Shown here: positions 10,255 through 22,300 of the stretch, piece by piece
Numbering within the stretch: the first letter of the stretch is position 1
Layout: every line of letters begins with the position of its first letter
Assembly: GCF_963676685.1 (NCBI RefSeq)
Contig: NC_092355.1
Coordinates: 14,260,001-14,324,000 of the forward strand
Origin: Mytilus edulis
Lineage: Eukaryota
Reading direction: 5' to 3'
Length of the DNA: 64,000 nt
Position numbers and translations under genes: made by a program
The notes under the pieces: model-generated
Database searches by the model: none
What the model saw: the letters and a program-made list of their open reading frames with translations, nothing else
What the model was told of the DNA's origin: nothing

Positions 10255-11038
10255 CCATTGATTATCTAAAAGTTTTTATCGCAAAGCGGATTATATTATC
10301 ACGCTGTGACTGGTTTAACGCCGTCACGTGGTGATACCCTATGACACCGTTGGGGGTAAGTAAATTTCATAGGGGGTTCATGACGCGTTAAGGGTGACGT
10401 CATCTATTCATTTTGTTGTATTTCATTGTTTATTTTTCAACAGAATGCAGCGGAAAATGTAACCCGAATAATTCAGTCGTTATATTCCGCTGATCTACGA
10501 AGGCTACATTAACGCCTGAACGTCTTCCTCGATCAAGACCGTCAACCGGAAAATTCACACCGCTTTGCAATATGGGAATTTTGATTAAAATTGGCAGCTA
10601 AAGAAGGAGGAGTTCCGGATGTTAATTGATGATAAATGATGTAAACTGATGTTAATTGATGTTAATTAATTATTATCGGATTTGTGTTAATTGAACACAC
10701 GTGTTTGGTAAGACAATTTCAAGAGAGTTGCGCAGACTCGTATCCTGATCGCCGCTGATTGGCTCTCTCTCACAGAGAGCAGGCGACGCGGCCAATGATC
10801 ACAAGGAGTTCAAGCCCTCGTGTGGGAGAAAATCGGACACGGAAAGGGCTTGAATTATTCGAGTTACGGAAAATGTCCAGCGTGCGATAAATTCGTTATA
10901 CAGTTAACTACTGACCCCCAACGGATCCATAGAGGATGAATAAAATCCATAGGGGATTCCGCCTCCGGCCTCACCCCCTATGGATTTTATTAACCCTCTA
11001 TGAACCCGTAGGGGTCAGTAACGAACCATATAACTTAT
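10255..11038 (-). mobile_element. Non-autonomous hairpin-ended element (possibly Crypton-type)
   Basis: ~135-nt imperfect palindrome at 10898-11031, TGACGTCA at 10395, internal 10-bp repeat GATGTTAATT at 10618-10670. Left boundary approximate. Confidence 0.5.
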
Positions 11039-11087
11039 AAGAGTATCCTGGTATCCTGCGAGCCTTCTGTTGTCTTAAAATCAATGT

Positions 11088-11233
11088 TGTATGGAATAAA
11101 ACCGGCCGCATATGGTAAATGTTTTGCTCATGGTTGAAGGTTGTACGGTTACCTTAAGATGCTAATACCAACGTTGTTTGTACAATTGAGTTGTCTCATA
11201 GGCAATCATTCCGCAACTCCTTAAAACTAAATA
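11088..11233 (+). repeat. ~145-bp direct repeat, copy 1 (family B tail; second copy 12346-12490)
   Basis: Near-identical aaaccggccgcata...ctccttaaaactaaataa at both positions. Confidence 0.8.
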
Positions 11234-12849
11234 ATTTAAAAAAAAACAGTAAACGAATTTCTGGCAAGACGATACATACCGCCGTCATTTTTAATATTGG
11301 CAAGTAGGTGTTCTTCTGGTAATAGAAGTAACAAAAGTTCCTCTAAGGAAAATTAGAGTAAACGAGGAGCACGACCCCACACTGACGCTAGGCCATAACT
11401 TGAATAACGCTTCCTCGGTACTCGGAGGATAAAATTCAAAACTAGTAACAGTGATGAATTGGCCGCTCTGGTAAACAAGAGAAAGCCGTTTATAAAAAAC
11501 ACAACTTTCCTGTGGTACCACAGGAGAATATTGCAACATATGGTCTAACGTAGAATTATAGGGTCATGACCCCCTGTCATCTTGCCAGATCCCGCCTCTG
11601 CACTAATAGTGCGACAACTGTTTTATTAAAGATAATAATAAAAAAACAATGAAAAATATCAAAATGCATTAAAAAGAAATCCTTTTTTTGAAACGCACAC
11701 ATCTATATGTTTATACAGTTGAATTCTAGAAATTAAAGTTTTCTCCTTTCTTAGTAAACGTCCCCCATCAAGACATCAGCAGATTATAAGATGCGTAAAA
11801 ACTAGCACTGTCTGTTTGAAATCAGTATCATGCAGGTATTTATATAAAAATTTTCCATCCTCAATTTAAAAGCATTCGGAAAAACGTGAAATTGTAATAA
11901 CAGTTCACGATAAAACTGGATACAACCACTGCAATATTATTTTATTCTAGACAAGTAGAAAAGTTCATCCTCTACACTAATTGCCATACTCCATTTAGTC
12001 CGAAAATCAATTGTCTCCAGCTGGATCAGTTTCCGGTCTTCCTAAACTCACTAGGCATATACTTGAAAAACATTAACAAACAACAGCAGAAAAAATATTC
12101 CAAAATAGGAGATTGTCGGGGTAGGTGGGTGGGATTGAACAAGCTTCCCGTTCAAACGTTAGAAAATTTGGAAGTGACGTCACAATACGCTAAAGTCACA
12201 TGACAGACACGGTCAAAGTTCAGAATGCAAAGATACAAGGGGGAACTCGAGAATTGATACGGAATTATAACTTTTATTAAACCTGTATTATCAGTAAACC
12301 GATAAACATTATTAATTAAAGATTAAAATAATTCAAGAAATAATGTGTGGAATCAAACCGGCCGCATACGGTAAATGTTTTGCTCATTGCTGAAGGTTGT
12401 ACGGTTACCTTTAGATGCTAATACCAACGTTGTTTGTATAATTGAGTTGTCTCATAGGCGATCATTCCGCAACTCCTTAAAACTAAATAAAAGATTGCTT
12501 GAATATAATGCTGGTATATGGAAATTACAAATAAAATAGAACAGCTATAGTTAAAACCCCTGACAACAAATTGATTTTTAAACGTTCGAAAATTCTTAAA
12601 AGATAAAATTGAGAAAGGAAATGGTAAATGTGTCAAAGCGACAACAACCCGACCATAGAGCAGACAACAGCCGAAGGCCACCAATGGGTCTTCAATGTAG
12701 CGAGAAACTCCCGCGCACTTGTAGGCGTCCTTCTGTTGGCCCCTTAAAAAATATGTATACTAGTACACTAGAAAGTGATAATGATCGTCATACTAAACTC
12801 CGAATTATACACAAGAAACTTATATTAAAAATCATACAAGACTAACAAA

Positions 12850-12940
12850 GGCCAGAGGCTCCTGACTTGGGACAGGCGCAAAATTGCGGCGGGGTTAAAC
12901 ATGTTTATGATATCTCAACCCTCCCCCTATACCTCTAGCC
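12850..12940 (-). ncRNA. Twister-ribozyme-like motif, circularly permuted (type P5), core intact
   Basis: GGCUAGAGG..GGGG-GA-GGG..AACAUGUU-U^AA-CCCC-GCC-[GCAAUUUUGC]-G-CCUG-UCCCAAGU-CAGG-A-G-CCUCUGGCC. Matches twister P2, P4, T1 (GGG/CCC), T2 (GC/GU) and the catalytic G and A. Confidence 0.75.
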
Positions 12941-13137
12941 AATGTAGAAAAGTAAACGCATAACAATACGCACATTAAAATTCAGTTCAAGAGAAGTCCG
13001 AGTCCGATGTCAGAAGATGTAACAAAAGAAAATAAATAAAATGACAATCATACATAAATAACAACCGACTACTAGCAGTTAAGTGACATGCCAGCTCCAG
13101 ACCTCAATTAACTGATTGAAAGATTATGTCTTCATCA

Positions 13138-13198
13138 TATGAATATCAGGCACAATCCCTCCCGTTAGGGGTTTATTATCATACTATCATAAAATATG
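13138..13198 (-). promoter_or_regulatory. Type II SECIS-like element
   Basis: CAUAU-uuu-AUGA-uaguaugauaau-AAA-CCC cuaac GGG-ag-ggauugugcc-UGAU-auuc-AUAUG, ~65 nt after the ORF stop at 13258. Confidence 0.6.
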
Positions 13199-13644
13199 TG
13201 AGAAGAACATAACCCGTGTCATGCCAACAACTGTTTTTTTTTTTTAAATAAATGTGTTTAGTTCCGATGCAAAGACCCTATAAGTGAATCAATATTAAAG
13301 CCAAAATATGCAATCTTTAATGACCTGACAACAGTATCGTAACTATATCCCTTCTTTATAAGTCTGTTTAAAGGTTTTGCAAGCTTTTGAGGTGAATACT
13401 GACATTTTTGTGCTTTGTAAAGAATATTACAATAAAAGATTGGATGTGAAATATCTGAACGTATAAGATGTCTGCATGATGAGTTATATGTTCAAAATGA
13501 TGGTCGATATTTGATGAATTATGAAGTTAATCTAAAAATATAAAGCAGCTTAGAGTCCTCATTATTTTCGAAAAATGTTAAATGTTTGATATTTCTTCAT
13601 AACGTTTAGTGACCCAACCACTGTCGATACTGCCTATAATACAT

Positions 13645-13915
13645 GTATAGGGTTATTGCATGAATATTAGGGAATGTTGTCCCGAGTAGAATTTTATATT
13701 GCACGAGCTTGCGAGTGCAATATATGTTCTACGAGGGACAATATGCCCCAATTTTCATTCAATAACCCTTTTATTGTATAGCAATATAATATTTGAAAGT
13801 CAAAATTGATTTAAACTAAGATTTTGTCCTTGCTGACGTCATGAATTTTGAAGATTTATTGCACGCTAACTTTTGGTTACTTTCTGTGGGAAATATTATA
13901 TTGCTATGCAATAAT
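13645..13915 (+). mobile_element. Non-autonomous hairpin-ended element (possibly Crypton-type)
   Basis: Imperfect palindrome at 13649-13769 with CGAG/CGAG mismatches, second inverted repeat attgtatagcaatataatatt/aatattatattgctatgcaat, and TGACGTCA at 13834. Confidence 0.55.
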
Positions 13916-14344
13916 ATCATATCCGTCACCAAAATAAAAAATGAAAATTAATATAAAGTAACTTAATATAAAATATAAAAAAAAAACAATTGAAATCCAC
14001 ATTTTTATTGACAGGCTTTAACTCTTTTTTTAAACTTTTATATGTGAAAAAACAATGACTTTTTTTATATTCTGACGACATAACCAAATGTATCTTTTTG
14101 TTATTACTACTGTTTTCCTTTTGTGGAAGGTTTTTTAGTGTATAGTATGCTATGAGTGAAAACCTTTGAAGAAAATGAATATAATACACATGATAAAGAC
14201 GCAATATGCCTTGAATTAACATTTTATTACATTGCATGACTGATGTTCATAATTTCGCTTAATGAGTAGGCATTTATCTATACATCTTGTTGGAAAATGT
14301 ATACATTTGGGACTATATATTATTTATAATCTCATATATATACA

Positions 14345-14580
14345 GCCGCCTTGGTTGTCTCGTGGCAGATCCTGGCAGCATGCATATGCTTGTCTTGAAT
14401 GCGATTGGGTTTTTTCACTTACCGATAGAGTCAAACGGAAGACTTGACAATATGTCACAATGATTTGCTGCTTCATCGCCAGCTTAAAACGCGCGATATT
14501 TAAGAGTAAGAGCTGGAGTGCTTGACGTCAGAATAAAGTAGGTAAACTGTTTTCTTGTGGCCGAGTCGAAATGCCTTCCC
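14345..14580 (+). mobile_element. Decayed SINE
   Basis: gtcaaacggaagact...atttgctgcttc...taagagtaagagc resembles a conserved bivalve SINE central domain; strongly diverged. Confidence 0.35.
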
Positions 14581-15066
14581 TTTATAGTCTCATCCATTGT
14601 TTTTAATTTGATTTTGTGTCGTGATCTATTCATATCAGTCATTTTATATGCATTGCCCATCTGATGGTAGCATACCTTTAATGTTAGAGGGTTGAAAAAA
14701 TCAATAAAACCTCGGTACCACATCGAAAAGAAGTGATTTTACAACAAAATGGGAAAAAACTTAAAGCAAATTTAAGCATTCTACGGCTGATATAATATAG
14801 GATTCTCAAACTAGGCAGGGGCAACCATAATATTGCAAAGACCCATATTATTTTTATAAGCAATTTATTTTTATTCCAAACTCTCCTTTTTATCCAAAAT
14901 TTAACAACCGATATTAGAACTTAAAAATGAAACATGAACATAGCGGGTCTGATTTGAATACTAGATGCCAATACGGCCTTTTCTTGATTTCAAACTTATT
15001 CCTTTTTGAAACATGTGAATTTGCTTTGAAAATAAATGTTTTTGATTGGATAATTTAAAATACTGT

Positions 15067-15160
15067 CAGTGGCGTAGCTAGACTATTTTTAAGTGTACGC
15101 CCAAACCTCGGCAAGGGGTTTGAGAGCCGGGGCGAAGCCACCGGAAGCTAACGAGTTATC
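15067..15160. mobile_element. Left end of a hAT-like MITE
   Basis: CAGTGGCGTAGCTAG terminus. No matching right end found; an assembly gap follows. Confidence 0.4.
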
Positions 15161-15734
15161 GAGAATGAGATACCGTTTCTGTCATTAAAAACTCATCAAT
15201 AGCAACATACTTTAGACATGTTAGAGTCTAATTTGTTTATCTTTTATGTTTAATTTATTCATTGTGTTGATTTGGAATCTAATGGTCATTGGATTAAGAT
15301 AAAATGTCCAAACAAGTTACTTTAAAATATGTAAAAGGAGCCGTGGGGTAAAGCAATCAATCGATCAAAATTCCTTTTTTGTGCAAATTTCGTTTATGGA
15401 CATGAAATAATTAATTTTCAAAGATGTTACCCAGATGTTATAGATGTTATGGTGTATTATGAATATTCGTAAAGTGTTCTGTGGAAACCTGGTTCTCGCC
15501 TGAGATGACTTTCCGCTGAAATATGCTCAGTCTCTCGATGAATATTTCAACATGGGGCAATATTTACACTACTTATAAACAAATGTTATATCGTCTGTAA
15601 AGGTTCGCCTGAACTTATTATTGTTTTTTAGATATATTGCACAAAAAAAAAACCATGTTATACAAATACAATTATCTAAGTGATATATAGTAACTCTAGT
15701 TTTCAACGCTTCAATACTATTGTTTTACTTCTAC

Positions 15735-15762
15735 CAGAGACATATAATATTATATGTCTCTG
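15735..15762. mobile_element. 28-bp TIR-only palindrome, probable P-superfamily excision footprint
   Basis: CTTCTAC|CAGAGACATATAATATTATATGTCTCTG|CTTCTAC: 7-bp TSD and the same TIR as 62724-62797. Confidence 0.7.
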
Positions 15763-15776
15763 CTTCTACAAATGTA

Positions 15777-15908
15777 NNNNNNNNNNNNNNNNNNNNNNNN
15801 NNNNNNNNNNNNNNNNNNNNNNNNNNNNNNNNNNNNNNNNNNNNNNNNNNNNNNNNNNNNNNNNNNNNNNNNNNNNNNNNNNNNNNNNNNNNNNNNNNNN
15901 NNNNNNNN
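15777..15908. other. Assembly gap (132 N)
   Basis: Run of n characters. Confidence 1.
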
Positions 15909-16335
15909 TTTGGGGGAGGGGGAGCGAGTTTTTTCCAGAAATATTGTATTCTTCATCTATCTCGCCTAAGAAATATAATACGATTGTATTACTACCGATA
16001 TTATTCTAACTGTGACGGGCTATTTATTATAAACAATCCATATTTTCGCGTCAATTTATAAAGATTATGTAGATCAATACTTTCAATATTAGCTAAATGT
16101 CTACGCAAAACTACTATTTACACAATGGAAATAAATTCTTATTAAACTTGTTAAAGATTATGGGTCCTTTTAAACATTGAAAGGGCTTTAATCATTGTAC
16201 GCTTGTGTCACTTGATCAGCTGATTGATTGATTGTGGGATAAAACGGCTTAGTGATAATGAAGTGAAATTAGCCAATGAAAACAATTGAAAGCGAGTCAT
16301 TGACAACGTGAGGCTTGACAACAACGCGGGAAAAG

Positions 16336-16354
16336 ATGTCGGATACAGCGAAAG
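16336..16354 (+). CDS. THEG-like exon 1 (MSDTAK)
   Basis: ATG at 16336, donor G|gtttgt. Confidence 0.7.
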
Positions 16355-19300
16355 GTTTGTAAATACAAATTTTAATGTCAAATTATTCTTAAAATCATCA
16401 ATAAGATATCGATTTTAAATGGAAGATTTTATTTATTTTTAGAAGAACGGCGGATAGAAACCTTGGCAAAGCCTAAACGTGTACCAAGTGAATTTCAAGA
16501 TGACAGGTAAGAAATCGTAAGATGTAAACATGGCAAAAAAAGGGGGAGGTAAGCCACGTGTTTGTTGACGGTCTCAAACCACAATAATGTCACCTTAGAT
16601 CTAAAGATAGTTGTAGATAGTGTCTGTTTTCGTATTATAAAACACAGATTCGATTTTCTGAATTTGCAGACAAGGTGATGTATAAATGGTCTGTAGTTAC
16701 CGTACTTCAACATGCTATGGGTAGACCTTTTTTTGCATTGTACATACCTTGCAATGTTGGTATGAACAAGCCTTTCTATTGTACACCTTATAATATCTAT
16801 AGAATTTAGATATCATTATCAGCCAGGGATAAATTTAACATAAGGTTCCAATAAAGTCAAAATATAGGACACTTCCTAAGTTTACATCTAAACTTTGCCT
16901 TTATTTTTCAAAGCTATAATCAATTAAGTCCTAAACTATGGTAAAATATATTCATTTGAACATACTTAAGTGGGGGTAGGAGGGGTCCTGATCCCGAAAC
17001 CCTGGGCTTAAAAACACAAAATCCAGAGGTCCCGTAAAAAAGAATTTCCGGATCCTGAAATCCAGAGCTTAAAAACACCCGATCCCGGAGTCCTGATTAA
17101 GGTCCCATCCCCTCCTCATACTTACATATGCACACTGAGTCAATAAACTTGAAATTATTATATGTACAATGTACCTATACACATTATTTTGACTCTGAAA
17201 TATAGCATGTATACGTAGTCGGTGATTAAATAATTTAATTATGTAAGTACAAAGTCAAGAAAGGTTCAAATGTTCGAATGTTCACAAACTGTCTTTAAAG
17301 TTGAATTGTTCGAATGTTCAATATCTCACACGAGCACGTGATCGTATAGTGGTATAACTGTTCGAGTATTTCGGATATTAAGCGCATGAGTTCCAGCCTA
17401 CCCACGAGGGGGGAGACCTTGGCGGAATCTCCGTTACCAATCTGTCCTAATCGAATTCTCGTCTTATCGAATTGTTCCTGCTGATTAATGTATGGAACAC
17501 AATTGTGTAACATCTTGAGCCAGCCAGTCTTAATGCTTTTACTCCTAAGTCATATAAAAAAGAAGATGTGGTATAATTGCCAATGTGAGAACTATCCACA
17601 AAAGACCAAAATGACACAGACATTAACAAGTATAGGTCACCGTACGGCCTTTAACAATGAGCAAAGCCCATACCACATAGTCAGCTATAATAGGCCCCAA
17701 TAAGATAATGTAAAACAATTCAAACGAGAAAACTAACGGCCTTATTTATGTAAAAAAATGAACGAAAAACAAATATGTAACACATAAACAAATGACAACC
17801 ACTGAATTACAGGCTCCTGACTTCCAAGGGACAGGCACATACATAAATTATGTGGCGGGGTTAAACATGTTAGCGGGATCCCTCCCCTAACCTGGGACAG
17901 TGGTATAACAGTACAACATACATGTAAGAACGAATGCATCTTCAATCTTTGTCGTGATGACAGGTTATTTTCTCTTGTTAAATTGTTATCACTAATGTAG
18001 TTTCTCCTTTGTACTAAGATATTGTATGTGGCGCTTTAAAAATATTAAAGAATCAATGTATGAAGTGAAATTTTAAAAAAAAAGTTAAAAAAAAATACAT
18101 TTTGTAGTATCAAATTATTTACTAAAACAGTTTGTTTCCTCTATGTACTCTGCTAATAGTTGAGTGATATTCTCTGCATTTGGCAAATTGATTGTTAATA
18201 AATTGTCTAAATCTGTTGGAATTTGTCCTGTTATGAAGTAGATTTGATGAAATAATTTGTCTCTGGCATCTGAATACAGATCATGCATGCAACCAACCCC
18301 CTGCACTCAAACAACAAGACCAAGAAGTTGCTTCTATTGCAGTCTGCCCCAAATATTTTCCAACAGCTAGTCCCAAGACAAATATTCAGACATTTTCCTT
18401 TTGTGTCTAAACAGAGTTTTGCAAAAGTTTACTAATCCGAATAAAATTTTACTTGTCTAGGGCATTGAACTAATAGTTAAAGGTGCAGGCTGCTATTGGA
18501 TGCCTATTTAGTGAAGAAAGTTCTGTTTTCATGTTTAGTAGTAGGTAAAAAAAAGAACAGCTCTCCTATTGACAAGCTTTATCGTTTATGATTAAATACT
18601 GTTGTTAACACCTGTTGATATTTTTCTGAATGAGTTCCTTTAGTCAGATAGTATTATCCAGGGTATTTAACATATAATTACCTGTAATATAAACAAGTGC
18701 AGAATTTTATCTCTGAATCAAAGCAATAAAGTGATGTGGGGGAGATAGGCTTTTGTTCTCTTAATATACATTGTAAAATAACCGATAATTGTTGGAGCAT
18801 GTTCAACACTTTACATTCTGTTGATCGTAACGATGCAATTAGAGTGTCTGATTTATTTCGTAACTGAATTTTAATTGATTTATATGGGGCACCACTTGGG
18901 CCTTTTTAACAATTAAAAAGTTCTTATTTTTATAAAAGTCTGAAAATTATAGTTGCTCAATGAAATCATAGGTTACGGATGGTAGGTGATAACATTTGAG
19001 GAAAATATGTCTATGATAACATTTTGGTTTTCATAATTTAAATCAAACTCTTTTGGCACCCAGTCGCAAATTTATAATCTATAATCACTTTAGCATGTCG
19101 TACATGTATGTGTGGGACTTCTATATATATATTGTTTAACAGTGGGGTCTTAATGACTGTGGGAAAATGTACAGTTTATTGATCGTTTAATAATTACAGA
19201 TATGTTGCATAACATTTCAACTAAATTCAAACTATAAAAGTTCATGAAATGGAAAATTTTAAACTTGGGCTAATATTACTATATTGAAAAAAATTATAGA

Positions 19301-22300
19301 TCTATATCAAACTTTGGATTAAAAGTCATGTATCTGAATGCCAATCCACTTTTAGCCAGGTAAGATTCTGAATAAATCATATCTTTTATATACATATATA
19401 TTAATACATAGAGTACATGTATATTAATCTTAAGGTCATACAGTTCTTGTGTAAGTCTAAATTTACAAATTCGTCTTAAATATCATATAAATTTTCTTAG
19501 TTCTCAAAGATATAAAAAAAAAAAGGATGTTTGTATTTGACTTCCAACTGTCTGGTGTCAAATTCGACCATCTAAGGACAACAAATAAAAAAACATGTAC
19601 ATTTTTGGTTATCGTTTTTTATCATATGCTTTTTTTTGGCCTGTTGCATTTGCCTATATTCCTCTTTCCTAGCTATATGGCATACCCAAATTTTCCATCA
19701 TAAACAGTCAATTCATATTGGAGAACTTGACTTTTTGATAAATTTTGAAATATTCACATCCTGAATTTGAAGAAAATATATATATATTTGCCACCACTAA
19801 GCTCACTGAGCTGTTTGGCAAACAAAACATATGAATCTGACTATCATCATGATACTTTTTATAGTGACTTTATTAAATATAAAAAAAAAACTACTAACTG
19901 TTCTCATGGTTCTTGAGAGTTTTAATGAGAAAATTATCACCATGCATTTTAACAACTATTTTGTTCTTTTTCAGACGGTCTGTTTATTGGATTGAGAGTA
20001 ATCCACCAACTCCTGGTCCTAATGGAGTAACAGTTATAGGTAAGCTTTCCAGACAAAGTTATATACATATATGTGAAACAGGGAAACAGATCTAGACAAA
20101 GATTTGAACTAGGGACTTACTAAATCCGATAACACAATATTAATGTCTATTGGATACGTTCTTCTTAAGGTATCCAATTATCCTTCAGATATTTTATGGA
20201 TACTACATGTAACTGCTTTCGTCCAAGTTTTGAGCATAATTATATATGAAATAAATAATTATTGCACTCAGACTTAAAAATCAACAAATCAAAGTACTGG
20301 ATTTCGTGTTTGGTATTCAGGGTACTGATGAATAAAGTAAAATGACCGAGACCTAGAGTCTCACTTTTTTTTGGGTTCATGCTATTCCCACATTTTTTGT
20401 TTGTGCAACTTTAACCAAGTCATTCCAAAGGTCAGTGACAATGTTACCTTTTGGCATAATGCGAAAAACAGGTAGCCGCCAGCGGAAACCTTGGGTCAGT
20501 CAGAAATGTTGCGATGATTAGTATACATGTAATGTCATCCATTACTGGAACAAATAAGAATTGTTGATGTAAAAATAACATAAAAGGTGACGGTTACCTT
20601 TAAATGCAATAGTTAGAACTCCTTCTATTCAAGTTCATGCAATTCCGATTTTATTTTATGCCCTATTTATGGGCATTATGTTTTTCAGTCTGTGCGTCCC
20701 TTTAAGTAGTTTTTGGTGAAGTTAAAGTCCAATCAACTTTAATAAACTTATTACACATGTTCCATATGATATGATATTTCTAATTTTAATGCCAAATTAG
20801 AGTTTTAACCCCTGTTTTTCACAGTCCACTGAACATAGACAATTAAGTGCGAGAGGGGCATCCATGTAATATGGACACATTCTTATTAACTTGGATTTGT
20901 ATCTTCCTTGTGGGTTAAAGTGGGAAGAAGTTGAGCTTATTTGCTCATATTGTCTGAAAATCTGACCCCCTTCGAGACATTATGGCTATGGGCCTGAAAA
21001 TAAATTATCATTCTGCACTACAAATATTATTGAAGGCCATTTGATGACCTATAATTACGGAAATCCATGTCATTTAGACTCATTTGGATATTTATCTCGC
21101 TGTCAATCATAACAAATATCCTTATTTTTAACAAACATTAACCTGCATTATTTTTTTTCCCAGTCATGCCAATAGATTCTGACTTAAACTTTATTAAGGT
21201 CCAATTTTATATTCGTTAGGACTTTGATCTGTGCATAGCTGTTTTAGCTCAATACAGATCTATACAAAACATGCCCTTTGTAGCATGATAACAGTTTAAT
21301 TAATTTAATATTGAATATACATATATATTGTTTTGATACAGCTTTTAACACTGGTAAAATATAAAACAGTGTTCGTATATTTGTAGACAGGTGATAAGTA
21401 TACGAAACAATTATTTAAATACCTACTACCGGTACAATTAAAGGTAAAAATTAGATATACATGTACCGATAAATATCAATTGGTTTTCCATTTAAGATTA
21501 CTAAATTAAGTCTTTTTAAGTGGTCCAATATTTGAACTGTTAAGGCATACATGTTCATTAAATGGAAAAGCAGACAGAGAAATTGATTTTTATAAAAATA
21601 ACTGGCTGGGTGCTGTTTGATGGTTGACAATAGCTGATTAAATATTTAAAATATTTAATATGCTGTTTGATGGTTGACAATAGCTGATTAAATATTTAAA
21701 ATATTTAATATTTTTAAATAGACATGTTTCAGATTTCAATATTCAGATATTATAGAGACTAATACACATCTGTGTTGATTGATTGAAATAGACGAATGAA
21801 TACATTACACTGAATAATTAAATACACAATTAAAACAGTTGTCACCTGATCAATCAGCTGTTTTGTTAGCGGGTATGGATTGTTGGAAAATGTTGTATTT
21901 CATCCATAAGGTGTTTATTAATAAATGTTTAATTAAGTGTAAATTTCCTGTCTGAACAAATTTTTTGATCTTCATAATTGCAAACTATCTTACAAATTAT
22001 AGATTGTTGTTTGCTTAAAGTCCAGTGGGAAATATTTGATGCATATTTTGTTCATTACTGTCAATATTGAGCTTTTACTTATTTTTTATGCATCACCTAC
22101 GATAGTTGAGGGGCATTTTTTTGTAGGGAGTTCATTACGTCCATCTGTCCAGCTTCAGGTTAAAGTTTTTGGTCAAGGTAGTTTTTGATGAAGTTGAGGT
22201 CAATTCAATTTGAAATTTAGAACTCATGATATTAATTGATTATGAAGTGTCCAGTGGGAAATAGTTGAGGCATCTTTTGTTGACATACAAAAAAGTTATA

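Larger units (their letters stand above)
12605..13491 (-). mobile_element. 5'-truncated Penelope-like retroelement (family A): ORF end, SECIS-like hairpin, twister-like ribozyme, tail
   Basis: Open frame 13491->13258 TYNSSCRHLIRSDISHPIFYCNILYKAQKCQYSPQKLAKPLNRLIKKGYSYDTVVRSLKIAYFGFNIDSLIGSLHRN*, resembling mollusc Naiad-type PLE C-termini (recognition, not a search). Tail repeated 4 more times in the window. Confidence 0.65.

Noticed and set aside
15680-16061. ORFs spanning the N run
   Set aside because: Artefacts of the assembly gap.
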